A stretch of 64,000 nucleotides of DNA from an uncultured Planctomycetota bacterium (GTDB lineage Bacteria; Planctomycetota; Planctomycetia; Isosphaerales; Isosphaeraceae), in assembly GCA_963737655.1 (NCBI GenBank), contig CAVTTN010000002.1, positions 3,552,001-3,616,000 on the forward strand, written 5' to 3'. A model generated the notes under the pieces. The model ran no database searches and was not told the DNA's origin. It saw nothing but the letters and a program-made list of their open reading frames with translations. A program made the position numbers and the translations under genes. How positions within the stretch are numbered: position 1 is the first letter of the stretch; the number at the start of each line of letters is the position of its first letter. Below are positions 1 through 11,953 of this stretch, piece by piece.

Positions 1-220
1 GGTGAATGTCTCGCACGGCGGCGCCGACCTGGGCGTCGGAATAACCGTCAATGTCTTCCTGGAGGAAGTCCACCAGCCGGCCGTCCCGTTGCAAGACGGC
101 CAGGACGCGGAGGTCCGGGCCGGTCGGCGCCTTCGAATACAGGGGCTCGACCCTCTGGGCGAACGAGGGGTCGGTCAGGATCGACCAGAAGGCCCGGAAG
201 GCCAGGACGAGGCGATTCAC
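1..220 (-). CDS. DUF2760-family protein, N-terminal part (runs off the left edge)
   Basis: Manual translation from GTG at 220 gives MNRLVLAFRAFWSILTDPSF...VLAVLQRDGRLVDFLQEDIDGYSDAQVGAAVRDIH, matching the LQR(D/E)GRL.DFLQED...DAQVGAAVR motif of DUF2760. It is absent from the ORF track because it has no stop in the window. Confidence 0.75.
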   Translation of the reverse strand, partial: MNRLVLAFRAFWSILTDPSFAQRVEPLYSKAPTGPDLRVLAVLQRDGRLVDFLQEDIDGYSDAQVGAAVRDIH

Positions 221-348
221 CGGCGGAACGCTCCGGGACAGGGGCTTCGGGAGGGCCGGCGCGGGGAATCGGCGCCCTCCTCACCTCAGTTTACCCCGTC
301 CCGCGTCGAGAGGAAACGACGCGAACGCCCGATGGCCGGAAAAAGCCC

Positions 349-378
349 TTGCCCGATCGTCGGCCCTCCGCCGACAAT
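349..378 (+). promoter_or_regulatory. putative sigma70-type promoter of metF
   Basis: TTGCCC (349-354), 18 nt spacer, GACAAT (373-378), about 65 nt upstream of the ATG at 443. Confidence 0.35.
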
Positions 379-442
379 CTTGGGGGGAAGAAGGGCCCGG
401 GTCGCGACGATCGCGACGGGCCGGGTCCGGAGGTCCGCCGCG

Positions 443-1348
443 ATGCACATTCTCGACATTTTCGACAATCACCCGACCACCTTCAGCTTCGAGTTCTTCC
501 CGCCCAAGACGAATGCCGCGTGGGAGGAGCTGTTCGTCAATATCGCCCGGCTCCAGCCGCTGCAACCCTCGTTCGTCTCGGTGACTTACGGCGCCGGCGG
601 CTCGACCCGCGAGAAGACCCACGAGCTGATCGTCCGCATCCAGAAGGAGACGGACCTCACGGCCGTGAGCCACCTGACGTGCGTCTGCCACACCGAGGAC
701 GACCTCGCCGCGATCCTCGACCGCTACGCCGAGAGCGGCGTCGAGAACATCCTGGCGCTCGGGGGCGACCCGCCGCGCGACCTCGTCGATTACGACCGCT
801 CGAAGGATGCGTTCTGCCACGCCGAGGGGCTGGTCCGCTTCCTCAAGTCCCGCCCGATCGCCTCCGAGCCGAGGGGGTTCGGCGTGGGGGTCGCGGGGTT
901 CCCGGAAGGGCATCCCGGCACGCCCAATCGGCTGAACGAGATGGACTTCCTCAAGAGGAAGGTGGACGCTGGGGCCGACTACATCGTCACCCAGCTCTTC
1001 TTCGACAATCGCGACTTCTACGACTTCCGCGACCGCTGTGACCTCGCCGGGATCAAGGTGCCGATCCTCGCCGGGATCATGCCCATCAGCACCAAGTCGG
1101 GGATGACCCGGATGGCCGAGCTCGCCCTCGGGGCCAGGTTCCCGGCCCCCCTGCTCAAGGCCCTCGGCCGATGCTGCGACGATACGGCGGTCGGCCGGGT
1201 CGGCCTCCACTGGGCGACCGAGCAATGCCGCGACTTGCTCCATAACAACGTCCGCGGCATCCACTTCTACACCCTGAACAAGTCCGACGCGACCCGCCAG
1301 ATTTACGAAAACCTCGGCGTGGCCGACTCGGTGGCCCTCCGGGCGTAG
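443..1348 (+). CDS. metF: 5,10-methylenetetrahydrofolate reductase
   Basis: Motifs FSFEFFPPK, SVTYGAGGS, AVSHLTC, ILALGGDPP, AGFPEGHP, TQLFFD and GIHFYTLN. ATG at 443 follows GGAGG. Confidence 0.96.
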   Translation: MHILDIFDNHPTTFSFEFFPPKTNAAWEELFVNIARLQPLQPSFVSVTYGAGGSTREKTHELIVRIQKETDLTAVSHLTCVCHTEDDLAAILDRYAESGVENILALGGDPPRDLVDYDRSKDAFCHAEGLVRFLKSRPIASEPRGFGVGVAGFPEGHPGTPNRLNEMDFLKRKVDAGADYIVTQLFFDNRDFYDFRDRCDLAGIKVPILAGIMPISTKSGMTRMAELALGARFPAPLLKALGRCCDDTAVGRVGLHWATEQCRDLLHNNVRGIHFYTLNKSDATRQIYENLGVADSVALRA

Positions 1349-1482
1349 GGTGCATGAATTGCACCACCCCGCGGCGGCCGGAAGGCCGCCCACCGCATCC
1401 CCCTTCGCCTGCGAATCAAACCCTTCAACAAGGAAGGCGGCCATCCGGCCGCCGAATGGTTGGTGCATGGCATGCACCCGAC
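1345..1482. repeat. REP doublet (REPIN-like), family A, copy 1
   Basis: GTAGGGTGCATGAATTGCACC (1345-1365) and inverted GGTGCATGGCATGCACCCGAC (1462-1482). Confidence 0.85.
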
Positions 1483-2497
1483 AGCACTGAAGGCCGAAGC
1501 GCTCCGCCTGGGCTTCGACATGATCGGAGTGGCCCCGGCGGTGCGTTCCCCGGGTTTTTCTCGGTATGAGGCGTGGATCGAGGACGGCTTCGCCGCCGGG
1601 ATGGAGTATCTCCGCAAGCAGTCCGAGGCCCGGGCCCATCCCCAGAGCATCCTGGACGGCGTGCGGTCGGTAATCGTTTGCGGATTCGTTTATGGCGACA
1701 AATCTTCGGCCGTCGCAAGCCGCACCACCGGCAAGATCGCCCGATATGCCCGAGGGGCCGACTACCACGAAGTCCTCTGGAGACGTCTTGAGGCCCTGCT
1801 CGACTGGCTGAAGGGCAAAATCCCCGGCCTTCAAGGCCGAGCCGTGGCCGACACCGCCCCCTTGCTCGAACGCGACTTCGCCCGGCTCGCCGGCCTGGGG
1901 TGGTTCGGCAAGAACACGATGCTGATCGACCGCAAGCTCGGCAGCTTCACGGTCCTCGGCGCCCTGCTCGTGGATGCCGAGCTCGAATACGACGCCCCCC
2001 ACGAATCCAGCCATTGCGGGACCTGCACCCGCTGCCTCGACGCCTGCCCGACCTCCGCGTTCGCCGGCCCGTATCGGCTCGACGCCTCGAAATGCCTGAG
2101 CTACTGGACCATCGAGCATCGCGGGACGATCCCCGACGCCATCGCCGAGAACCTCGACGGCTGGGCCTTCGGCTGCGACATCTGCCAGGACGTCTGCCCC
2201 TGGAACCGCAAGGCCCCGCCCGGCCGGGAACCCGAATTGCAGCCGCGACCCGAATGGACCGACCCCGACCTGATCGCCTGGCTCGAAGCCGACCCTCTGG
2301 AATTCCGCCGAAAGATCAAGAAAACGGCCCTCTCTCGAGCCAAACGCTCGGGACTGCTCCGAAACGCGGCGCTGATCCTCGGCCAGAGGCGATGCCGCGA
2401 TGCGATCCCCGCCCTGACGGCCCTCCTCTCCGACGAAGATCCGGTCCTCCGAGATGCGGTGGCCTGGGCCCTGGCTCGGATGGAAGAGGGGGATTGA
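1472..2497 (+). CDS. queG: tRNA epoxyqueuosine(34) reductase
   Basis: Motifs IARYARGADYH, DTAPLLERDFARLAGLGWFGKN, CGTCTRCLDACPT, CLSYWTIE, FGCDICQDVCPWN and a C-terminal HEAT repeat. Start is ATG 1472 or TTG 1460. Confidence 0.93.
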   Translation: MHPTALKAEALRLGFDMIGVAPAVRSPGFSRYEAWIEDGFAAGMEYLRKQSEARAHPQSILDGVRSVIVCGFVYGDKSSAVASRTTGKIARYARGADYHEVLWRRLEALLDWLKGKIPGLQGRAVADTAPLLERDFARLAGLGWFGKNTMLIDRKLGSFTVLGALLVDAELEYDAPHESSHCGTCTRCLDACPTSAFAGPYRLDASKCLSYWTIEHRGTIPDAIAENLDGWAFGCDICQDVCPWNRKAPPGREPELQPRPEWTDPDLIAWLEADPLEFRRKIKKTALSRAKRSGLLRNAALILGQRRCRDAIPALTALLSDEDPVLRDAVAWALARMEEGD

Positions 2498-2680
2498 ACC
2501 GCCAAGACGCCAGGAACGCCAAGGCAAACACGGAGGAGGAGGAGAGAGGAGAGGAGAGAAAGGGAGAGGATGAGGAGGGTCCTTGGTTGTCCGTCGTCAC
2601 TTCCGAAGTGATCGGGCGACGATCACGGACGGGGCCGGATTTCTTCCATTCGGTGATCGGTCTCGCTGGCCTCGGGAGGA
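2494..2680 (+). pseudogene. possible degenerate GxxExxY-cassette remnant
   Basis: AACCGCCAAGACGCCAGGAACGCCAAG leader, an AG-rich tract, and a translation LNRQDARNAK...VTSEVIGRRSRTGPDFFHSV resembling the start of GxxExxY proteins with an internal deletion. Confidence 0.35.
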
Positions 2681-2730
2681 TCGACTCGGTTATCTTGAGC
2701 GGAGACGCGCCCAGCCTCCGCGAGGCCGCC

Positions 2731-3423
2731 ATGCCGCTGCTCGATCATTTCCATCCCCCGTTGAGCGAGAGGCGGCACTGGCACGCGTTCCATAACTCGT
2801 GGGCCACCTACCTTTCGTCCCGGCTCAACGCGCTTCTCCCGGAGGGATACTTCGCCGAGGCGAACGTCCAGTACGGGATCGAGATCGACGTGGCCGCGTT
2901 CGAGGAGCCCGGGGCGAGCTTGCCCGGGGGAGGGTGGGTCTCGCCGGCCCCTCAGTCGAGCGTTCCCCTGGAACTCCTGGGGGCGGTCGTTGAAGTCGGG
3001 ATTTTTGACCGCTCGGAGGGTCCGATCCTCGCCGGGGCCGTGGAGTTGATCAGCCCGGCGAACAAGGACCGCCCGTCCCATCGCGAGGCCCTGGTCTCGA
3101 AGTGCGCATCGTACCTCCAGGCGGGGGTCGGGCTGGTCCTGGTGGACGTGGTGACCGGGCGGTCCGGGGACGTCCACCGGGAGTTGCTCGGGAGGCTCGG
3201 AGTCGCCGACCCGGGACCGGGACCGTCCCTGTACGGGTCGGCCTATCGCCCGGTCGAACGGGACGGGGCCGCCGTCCTCGACCTCTGGCGAGAGCCGATC
3301 GCCGTCGGTCGCCCCCTGCCCACCTTGCCTCTGTGGCTCCGGGGCGGCCTCTGCCTGCCGGTCGAACTGGAAGACACCTACATGCGAACCTGCTTGGAGC
3401 AAAAGGTGCAACCGGCCGCGTAG
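2731..3423 (+). CDS. DUF4058-family protein (restriction-endonuclease-like fold)
   Basis: Motifs MPLLDHFHPPLS..RHWHAFH..WA, AVELISPANKDR, LVLVDVVT and PLPTLPLWL. ATG 2731 follows GAGG. Confidence 0.8.
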   Translation: MPLLDHFHPPLSERRHWHAFHNSWATYLSSRLNALLPEGYFAEANVQYGIEIDVAAFEEPGASLPGGGWVSPAPQSSVPLELLGAVVEVGIFDRSEGPILAGAVELISPANKDRPSHREALVSKCASYLQAGVGLVLVDVVTGRSGDVHRELLGRLGVADPGPGPSLYGSAYRPVERDGAAVLDLWREPIAVGRPLPTLPLWLRGGLCLPVELEDTYMRTCLEQKVQPAA

Positions 3424-3442
3424 GGCGGGGCCCGGCGACGCC

Positions 3443-6292
3443 TCACCCCTCCGCGGAAGGCAGAAGCCTCAGCCCCACCGGCAACGAGTCGCCCAGGGCC
3501 TGGCCCTGGCCCGTGGTGCCGAGATCGACGTATTCGCGGACCCCGCGGATTTGCTCATCGTCGGCCCCGAGCGTTTTCAGGCGCTCGACCACCCGGTTTC
3601 GGAGCGATTCGTCGAGGTCTCTCGCCCGGTCGCCCGAGACCCTCGCCATCTGGGCCAGGGCGAACGCGGCGTCGGCCGAGTCGCGGCCCGGGGCGAATTC
3701 GCGATCGACCAGGGCGGTGGTCCATCGCGAGGCGGCGTCCCGGTGGACGGCCACGTTCGCCGGGCCGAACAGGAGGACCCGCGCACCGAGCCTCCCGAGG
3801 CACCACAGCGCGTAATTCGGCGGGTTCGGCCGGGAAAGATCGCGGACCAGGGCGTCTCCCAGGGGTTCCTTCGACGTCGGCGGGATGCGTTCGAGGCTGG
3901 CGGCGCACCGCCACATCTCGGCCATCTCGTGAGGCTCGGGCTTCGGCCTCGTCGGCTTCTTGCCCCCGCTCGAACCGCCCTTCGGAGGGGTCAAGAACGG
4001 CTGGACGCGGCGGAAGACTTCCTCGTGATGGGCCCGGTTCAGCCCGGCGGCGACCCTCCGCCACAAGATCCAGAACTCGGCCCAGCACTGGGCGTCTTTC
4101 AGGTGCTTCACGCCCGAGTGGAACACCGGCCAGAGGGCCTTGACCCGCGATTCGTCGAGAGGGAAGCCGGTGCCGGGCCGGAGGCAGTAGCCCGCCAGGT
4201 TCAGCCATCGCGATTCGTGGCGGGGCGAGAGCAGGCGGGACTCGCTCGCCTCCTTCAACGGCTCCCAGAGCGCCCTCAAGGCCGACGGTGGCCACTGGTC
4301 CCGAGGGACGTCCAGGATTTCCTCGAGCTTCTTGACCAGCCGGCTCGGGCCGATCTCCTCGGCCGGCGCAGGCCGAGCGAACGCGGTCCGGATCGCCTCG
4401 ATCGCCGCATCCAGCTCCGATTGTTCGATGATCACGGCATCGGTTTCGCCGCCGGAGACCCGAGGGCCGGCCTCGACTCTTCCTCCGGGGCCTCGCAACT
4501 GGACCTGCAATCGCCAGCGGCGGTCGTCGGTCCGGGACTGGCACCAGAGCTCGACCGTGCCGACCTCCGTGACCTTCGCCGCCAGGCGGACCGGCACCCG
4601 CTCGGCCTTCGCCTTCCGCCCGACCCTCATCAGCCCCACGAGCGGAGGCAGGGGCAGGATCGAATCGGGGTCGCCCGCCACGAGGTCTCCCGGGCGGTCG
4701 TCGGCGCGGACCGAGGAGCTCGCCAGGGGGAACGCGACCGGCTGGCCCATCAAGAGGTCGAAGTCGTGACGCTCGATGGCGATCTCGTCCCCTTCCTGGG
4801 CGTCGCGAGGGACCACGCAAAGCCAGGGTTTTTCGACCGTTTCGGCCTCGAACCCGACGTAGACGGACCTCGCCGTCCCCCCGCCGATGCGGATGCCTCC
4901 GCCTCGCCGGACGACTCCGTAATAGGCCGCGCCGATTGCCACGGCGAGATCGAGCGAGACATTGGTGAGCACCCGAGGCGAATAATCGCCCCCCGGGAAC
5001 CACGAGGCGACGACGTCCACGATCCTCTGCCGGACGAGGCTCGGCGTGAGGGCCCCGCCGTTGAACAGGACGGCGTCGGGCCGGGCCGGCCGATCGTCCG
5101 GCGGTCGAGGCCCCTGCCCGATCGGCTCGGCTTTGTGCCGTTTCAGGAACGCGGCGAGGTGCCTGGGGATCGCCGGATCGGCCACGAACGGGAGGCCGAA
5201 TTCCTGGAGGCCGAGCCGTCCTCCCTTGGTCGGCACTTCGGTCGGGCCGGTCTTCGGGAAGAATCCCTCGACGACCACGGAGAGGCACTCCTCGCGGGTC
5301 AGCTCCGACTGGAGGCTCCCGCCGATCAACCGCGAGCCCCGGCCGGCGATCGTCACGGGCCAGCGAGAGGCCGGGCTGTCGTCGGCCAGGAGCTTTTCCT
5401 TCGCGGTCCGGCAGGCGAACCGGAGGGCGCTCCATTGCTCGGCATCGAGGCGGGCCCCGCCGAGCTTCGCCTCGACGTGGTGGGCCAGTGCCAGGTCGAT
5501 GTTGTCGCCGCCGAGCATCAGGTGGTCGCCCACGGCCACCCGGCGGAACCCGGGGCCGGTGGGGGTCTCGATCACCGTGATCAGGCTGAAATCCGTGGTC
5601 CCGCCGCCGATGTCGCAGACCAGGATCAACTCGCCGCCCCGGACCTGCTGCTGCCAGCCATCCTGATGGGTCACGATCCAGCAATAGAACGCGGCTTGAG
5701 GCTCTTCGAGGAGCGTCAAGTGGACGAACCCGGCCCGCTTCGCGGCCTCGACCGTCAACTCGCGGGCGGCCTCGTCGAACGACGCCGGGACGGTCAACAC
5801 GACCTCCTGCGCCTCAAGCTTGGCGGTTTCGTCCTCCGAAGCGAACCGGGCGTTCCAGGAGTCGCGGATATGCCGGAGGTACTCGGCCGACGCCTCGACC
5901 GGAGAGACCCGGCGAGCCTCGCCCGGGGCACCCCAGGGCAGGATGTCGGCCTCGCGATCGACGCCCGGATGGCAGAGCCAGCTCTTGGCGCTGCTCACCA
6001 GGTGGGCCGGGACTCGCGCCCCCTGGACCCGGGCGAACTCGCCGACGATCCGGTCGGAATCGTCCTTCCAGGGCAGGACCGCCGCGCCCGGGGGCAATTC
6101 GTGGGGTCCGGGCAGGTAGAGGAATGAAGGAAGCATCGCCCGAGGGGCGGTCTCGCCCGCCGCGACAAGCTGGGGGATCTCGAACGTCTTGATGTCGGCC
6201 GCCGGTCGCTCGCGGCCCTTCGTGTCCACGTAAGCGGCGGCGCAATTGGTCGTGCCGAGGTCGATCCCGACAATATAACGAGGGCGTGCCAT
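3443..6292 (-). CDS. atypical Hsp70-family protein with long C-terminal extension (DUF3731-like)
   Basis: Actin/Hsp70 ATPase motifs VGIDLGTTN, VLTVPASFDEAAR, LLEEPQAA, VCDIGGGTTDFS and GGDNID. C-terminal WLNLAGYCLRPGTGFPLD and WCLGRLGAR. Confidence 0.85.
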   Translation of the reverse strand: MARPRYIVGIDLGTTNCAAAYVDTKGRERPAADIKTFEIPQLVAAGETAPRAMLPSFLYLPGPHELPPGAAVLPWKDDSDRIVGEFARVQGARVPAHLVSSAKSWLCHPGVDREADILPWGAPGEARRVSPVEASAEYLRHIRDSWNARFASEDETAKLEAQEVVLTVPASFDEAARELTVEAAKRAGFVHLTLLEEPQAAFYCWIVTHQDGWQQQVRGGELILVCDIGGGTTDFSLITVIETPTGPGFRRVAVGDHLMLGGDNIDLALAHHVEAKLGGARLDAEQWSALRFACRTAKEKLLADDSPASRWPVTIAGRGSRLIGGSLQSELTREECLSVVVEGFFPKTGPTEVPTKGGRLGLQEFGLPFVADPAIPRHLAAFLKRHKAEPIGQGPRPPDDRPARPDAVLFNGGALTPSLVRQRIVDVVASWFPGGDYSPRVLTNVSLDLAVAIGAAYYGVVRRGGGIRIGGGTARSVYVGFEAETVEKPWLCVVPRDAQEGDEIAIERHDFDLLMGQPVAFPLASSSVRADDRPGDLVAGDPDSILPLPPLVGLMRVGRKAKAERVPVRLAAKVTEVGTVELWCQSRTDDRRWRLQVQLRGPGGRVEAGPRVSGGETDAVIIEQSELDAAIEAIRTAFARPAPAEEIGPSRLVKKLEEILDVPRDQWPPSALRALWEPLKEASESRLLSPRHESRWLNLAGYCLRPGTGFPLDESRVKALWPVFHSGVKHLKDAQCWAEFWILWRRVAAGLNRAHHEEVFRRVQPFLTPPKGGSSGGKKPTRPKPEPHEMAEMWRCAASLERIPPTSKEPLGDALVRDLSRPNPPNYALWCLGRLGARVLLFGPANVAVHRDAASRWTTALVDREFAPGRDSADAAFALAQMARVSGDRARDLDESLRNRVVERLKTLGADDEQIRGVREYVDLGTTGQGQALGDSLPVGLRLLPSAEG

Positions 6293-6401
6293 GCCGGTCC
6301 CGAGGTCTCGCGGACAAAAACGAAGGGCCGGAGCGGTCGCGGCCCGCCCTCTATTATAGACGAATCGGAGCGGGCCGCTCGCACCGACCTTCCGGGTCCA
6401 T

Positions 6402-6863
6402 TCACCACCGCTCGGGAAGCCGGGCGAGAAAGAGGCTGAGCCGGCGCCGGGCCTCGTCGAACCCGACGGCCGGCGACGGGTCGTCCCGTTCGTGGATCAA
6501 GGAATTTCGGTATTTGCGGACTTCGTGGACGAGGTCCCGAACGCTGGCCCCGACCTTCCGGCCCCCCCGAATGCCCTGCGCCCAGTCGATCAGGTCCGAG
6601 GCCCGGAGATTCTCCGCAGGATTGCCCACCACGTGCCGACGAGACGAGCGGAGGGCCGTCTCGAACTCCGCCCAGAGCCGGACGAGGTAGGTGGGTTCGA
6701 GCCGGGCGATCGCCGAGTCGTAGTCGCGGAGCGACGTTTCGGGCGGAGAGGCCACCTCGTTCGCTCGGACCGCGGCGCGGAGCCGTTCGATCGCGTCGGC
6801 GACCACGTGATATTCCCTCCTCGTCGCCTTCAGGCGGTCGAAGACCTCGAGGAGATCAGGCAT
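6402..6863 (-). CDS. hypothetical protein with HEPN-like motifs
   Basis: 153 aa, appears helical. LVRLWAEFE near the middle and RNSLIH (Rx4H) near the C-terminus. Confidence 0.6.
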   Translation of the reverse strand: MPDLLEVFDRLKATRREYHVVADAIERLRAAVRANEVASPPETSLRDYDSAIARLEPTYLVRLWAEFETALRSSRRHVVGNPAENLRASDLIDWAQGIRGGRKVGASVRDLVHEVRKYRNSLIHERDDPSPAVGFDEARRRLSLFLARLPERW

Positions 6864-7284
6864 GGGCGGAAAGCGCGTCGAGGATGCGAAGCATAATGGG
6901 TTCGTTGAGAAGGAGCCGGTCGGTCGCCAGGTCGAGGCGAGGCGACGTCGGGTCGGGGGGATTCATCGGCCGAATCCACCACTCGCCCTCCTCGAAAATG
7001 AGGCGGACCACGTCGTCATAGGCCGGCATCAGGTAGAGATCGACCGCGCCGCCGGTCCCCGAGACCGGGCCCAGGACGGCCTCGACTTCGTCCCGTTCCA
7101 GGATCAGGAGAGGGACTTCGGAACGCCCCAGGTCCGGCTCGGTCATCCGCCTGGTCGTCCGACGAGTCCGCCATCCCGCCCCCTCGGCCCACCGCGAGAC
7201 GATCTCCATGAGGAGATCGAGGCGACGCAGCCGCTCTGTGGGCTCCTGATGGATGGACCCAATTCGCGGTTCCGCGATCGACAT
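6856..7284 (-). CDS. hypothetical protein, translationally coupled to the HEPN-like gene
   Basis: 142 aa with GGAGG RBS. Its stop overlaps the next start by 8 nt. Contains GAVDLYLMPAYDD. Confidence 0.65.
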   Translation of the reverse strand: MSIAEPRIGSIHQEPTERLRRLDLLMEIVSRWAEGAGWRTRRTTRRMTEPDLGRSEVPLLILERDEVEAVLGPVSGTGGAVDLYLMPAYDDVVRLIFEEGEWWIRPMNPPDPTSPRLDLATDRLLLNEPIMLRILDALSAHA

Positions 7285-7419
7285 CGGCCTTTCCTCCCGG
7301 CGGTTCGCGGATCACTCCCAGCATCATTGTACCGGGTCTTGAGGTTCGATCGAAGGGGAAGACGCGACCCGCGAACACTCCTCTCACTCAAGAACCCGCT
7401 TGTGGGACTTCTCCGCACC

Positions 7420-7505
7420 GCAGGACCAGGGAGACCCAATCCGATGCCCCGGATGCAGGGGTTCCCGCAGCCGACGGCCGGTTACGATCGGATGTGGCGG
7501 TTGAC
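7420..7505 (-). pseudogene. possible DUF433 remnant
   Basis: The minus strand reads VNRHIRS*PAVGCGNPCIRGIGL, resembling the DUF433 N-terminal DP.vcgGkPcIrG motif with an in-frame stop. Confidence 0.35.
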
Positions 7506-7587
7506 CCTCGGGTCGTACTCGACCCGCGCGACCCGAGGGCCTTTCGCGATACGAAAACCGAGGTTGCTCTGAAGGGGCTACCCATGT

Positions 7588-10410
<2,823 letters not shown>

Positions 10411-10844
10411 CGCGGAGACCCCATCCGAACGACGGAACAACGAACGGCCGCCCCTCTCCCTCGGGAGGAGCCGGCCCCGGTCGAGACGCTCTCAGGATAC
10501 CGCCCCCCTCCCTCCCGATGCCAGCGACGGCGACGAGGTTCGCGGCCGACCTCGCCCCGCGATTGGGGTTGACGAAATCGACCATGCCGATTGCAACGCC
10601 CGATCCCCTTTCTACAAACCGCCGATCGGCCCGGGTCGGGGAAATCTTGAAGGAATTTCGACGATTTCCGCCCGGTTTTCGGCCCTTCGGCCAATCGGCG
10701 TGTAGACTTGAGACGAACCCGGGAATCCGGGCGAAGTCGTGGTCGGTCGTCGCGGGAAGCCTTGGCATCCGTCTTGCGTTAAGCCGGTCTGCACCCCTCG
10801 ACGCGACCCCCGCGACCTCGAACCTCTTGAATCGGAGGAGACCC

Positions 10845-11789
10845 ATGCAACCGCTCCAGCGGACCTCGATCGCGGTGCGCCCCTGGCTGATCGTCCCGGC
10901 GCTGATCCTGGCGGTCGCCGCCGCCGGGTGTCACCACAAGAGGCAGTCGCTCCGGCCCGTGTATGTCGGCCCGGCCGTCCCGGTCGTGGCGCCGAGCTCC
11001 GACCCCTGCCCCGGAGGCGAGCCGTGCGCCGGGACGGCCCCCTCCCCGGCCTTCGGCCAACCGGGCGACCTCGGGTCGCCCCCCCCCTCGTCGGTCGCGC
11101 CCGGCCCGGTGCCGAGATCCGGGATGCCGGGCCCGGCCGAGCAGGAGCCCAGGCTCCTGCCGAACACCCCGGGCGCCTCGGGTGAAGGGGCCCCGGTCCC
11201 CAACGGCCCCCTGGGCCAGAGGGGATCGACCAACCGCCGCCCGGCCGTCGGCACCAGCCGGCGGCTCGACGGCCGAGACAAGGTCTCGGCGTTCCTCGAC
11301 GACCCCAACGAGCTGTTCCTCCCGCCCAAGGCCGATCGCCCCTGGAAATACATCGTCGTCCACCACAGCGATGCCCCGACCGGCTCCTATGCCCAGATCG
11401 ACCGCGACCACCGCGAACGGCTCGGCACCCAGGGATGCGGCTATCACCTCGTCGTCGGCAACGGGTCCGAGAGCCCCGACGGCCGGATCGAGGTCGCCCG
11501 CCGCTGGTCCGACCAGAAGCCCGGGGCCCACTGCCGCGATGCCACCGTGCCCGACGCCAACGATTACGGCATCGGCATCTGCCTGATCGGCGATTTCGAC
11601 CAGAAAGCCCCGTCCGACAAGCAAATCCTCGCCACGAAGGCGCTGATCGACTACCTCCGAGACCGCTACAACATCCCCGCCGACCACGTCGTGACCCACG
11701 CCTCCATCGCCCCGACCGCCACCCGATGCCCCGGAAAGTTCTTCCCCGCCGAGATCCTGGTCGATTCCCGAGGATTCGCCTCTCGATAA
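10845..11789 (+). CDS. lipoprotein N-acetylmuramoyl-L-alanine amidase (Amidase_2/PGRP type)
   Basis: Signal peptide with lipobox AAGC, Pro-rich linker, then WKYIVVHHS, GYHLVVGNG, GAHC, IGICLIGDF and HASIAPTATRCPG. GGAGGAG RBS. Confidence 0.85.
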   Translation: MQPLQRTSIAVRPWLIVPALILAVAAAGCHHKRQSLRPVYVGPAVPVVAPSSDPCPGGEPCAGTAPSPAFGQPGDLGSPPPSSVAPGPVPRSGMPGPAEQEPRLLPNTPGASGEGAPVPNGPLGQRGSTNRRPAVGTSRRLDGRDKVSAFLDDPNELFLPPKADRPWKYIVVHHSDAPTGSYAQIDRDHRERLGTQGCGYHLVVGNGSESPDGRIEVARRWSDQKPGAHCRDATVPDANDYGIGICLIGDFDQKAPSDKQILATKALIDYLRDRYNIPADHVVTHASIAPTATRCPGKFFPAEILVDSRGFASR

Positions 11790-11799
11790 ACCTTTCGCT

Positions 11800-11953
11800 T
11801 CTGGGTGTATCGCATGCACGACTCCCTGGAATGCGGCGGCCGACGGGCCGCCTCCCTCATTTCTGGCCCTCCCGTTTGCTCGATCGTTCAAGTCATTCTG
11901 AAATGAAGGCGGCCGATGGCCGCCGCGTGTTTGGTGCATTGCATGCACCCTAC
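11800..11953. repeat. REP doublet, family A, copy 2
   Basis: Degenerate left unit TCTGGGTGTATCGCATGCACG (11800-11820) and right unit GGTGCATTGCATGCACCCTAC (11933-11953). Confidence 0.75.

Noticed and set aside
2..442. N-terminal extension of the metF ORF (448 aa)
   Set aside because: It is the antisense shadow of the DUF2760 gene plus intergenic DNA. MetF homology starts at ATG 443.
221..442. SAM/SAH riboswitch upstream of metF
   Set aside because: I could not find recognisable SAM-I, SAM-II or SAH core motifs. An Rfam scan would settle it.
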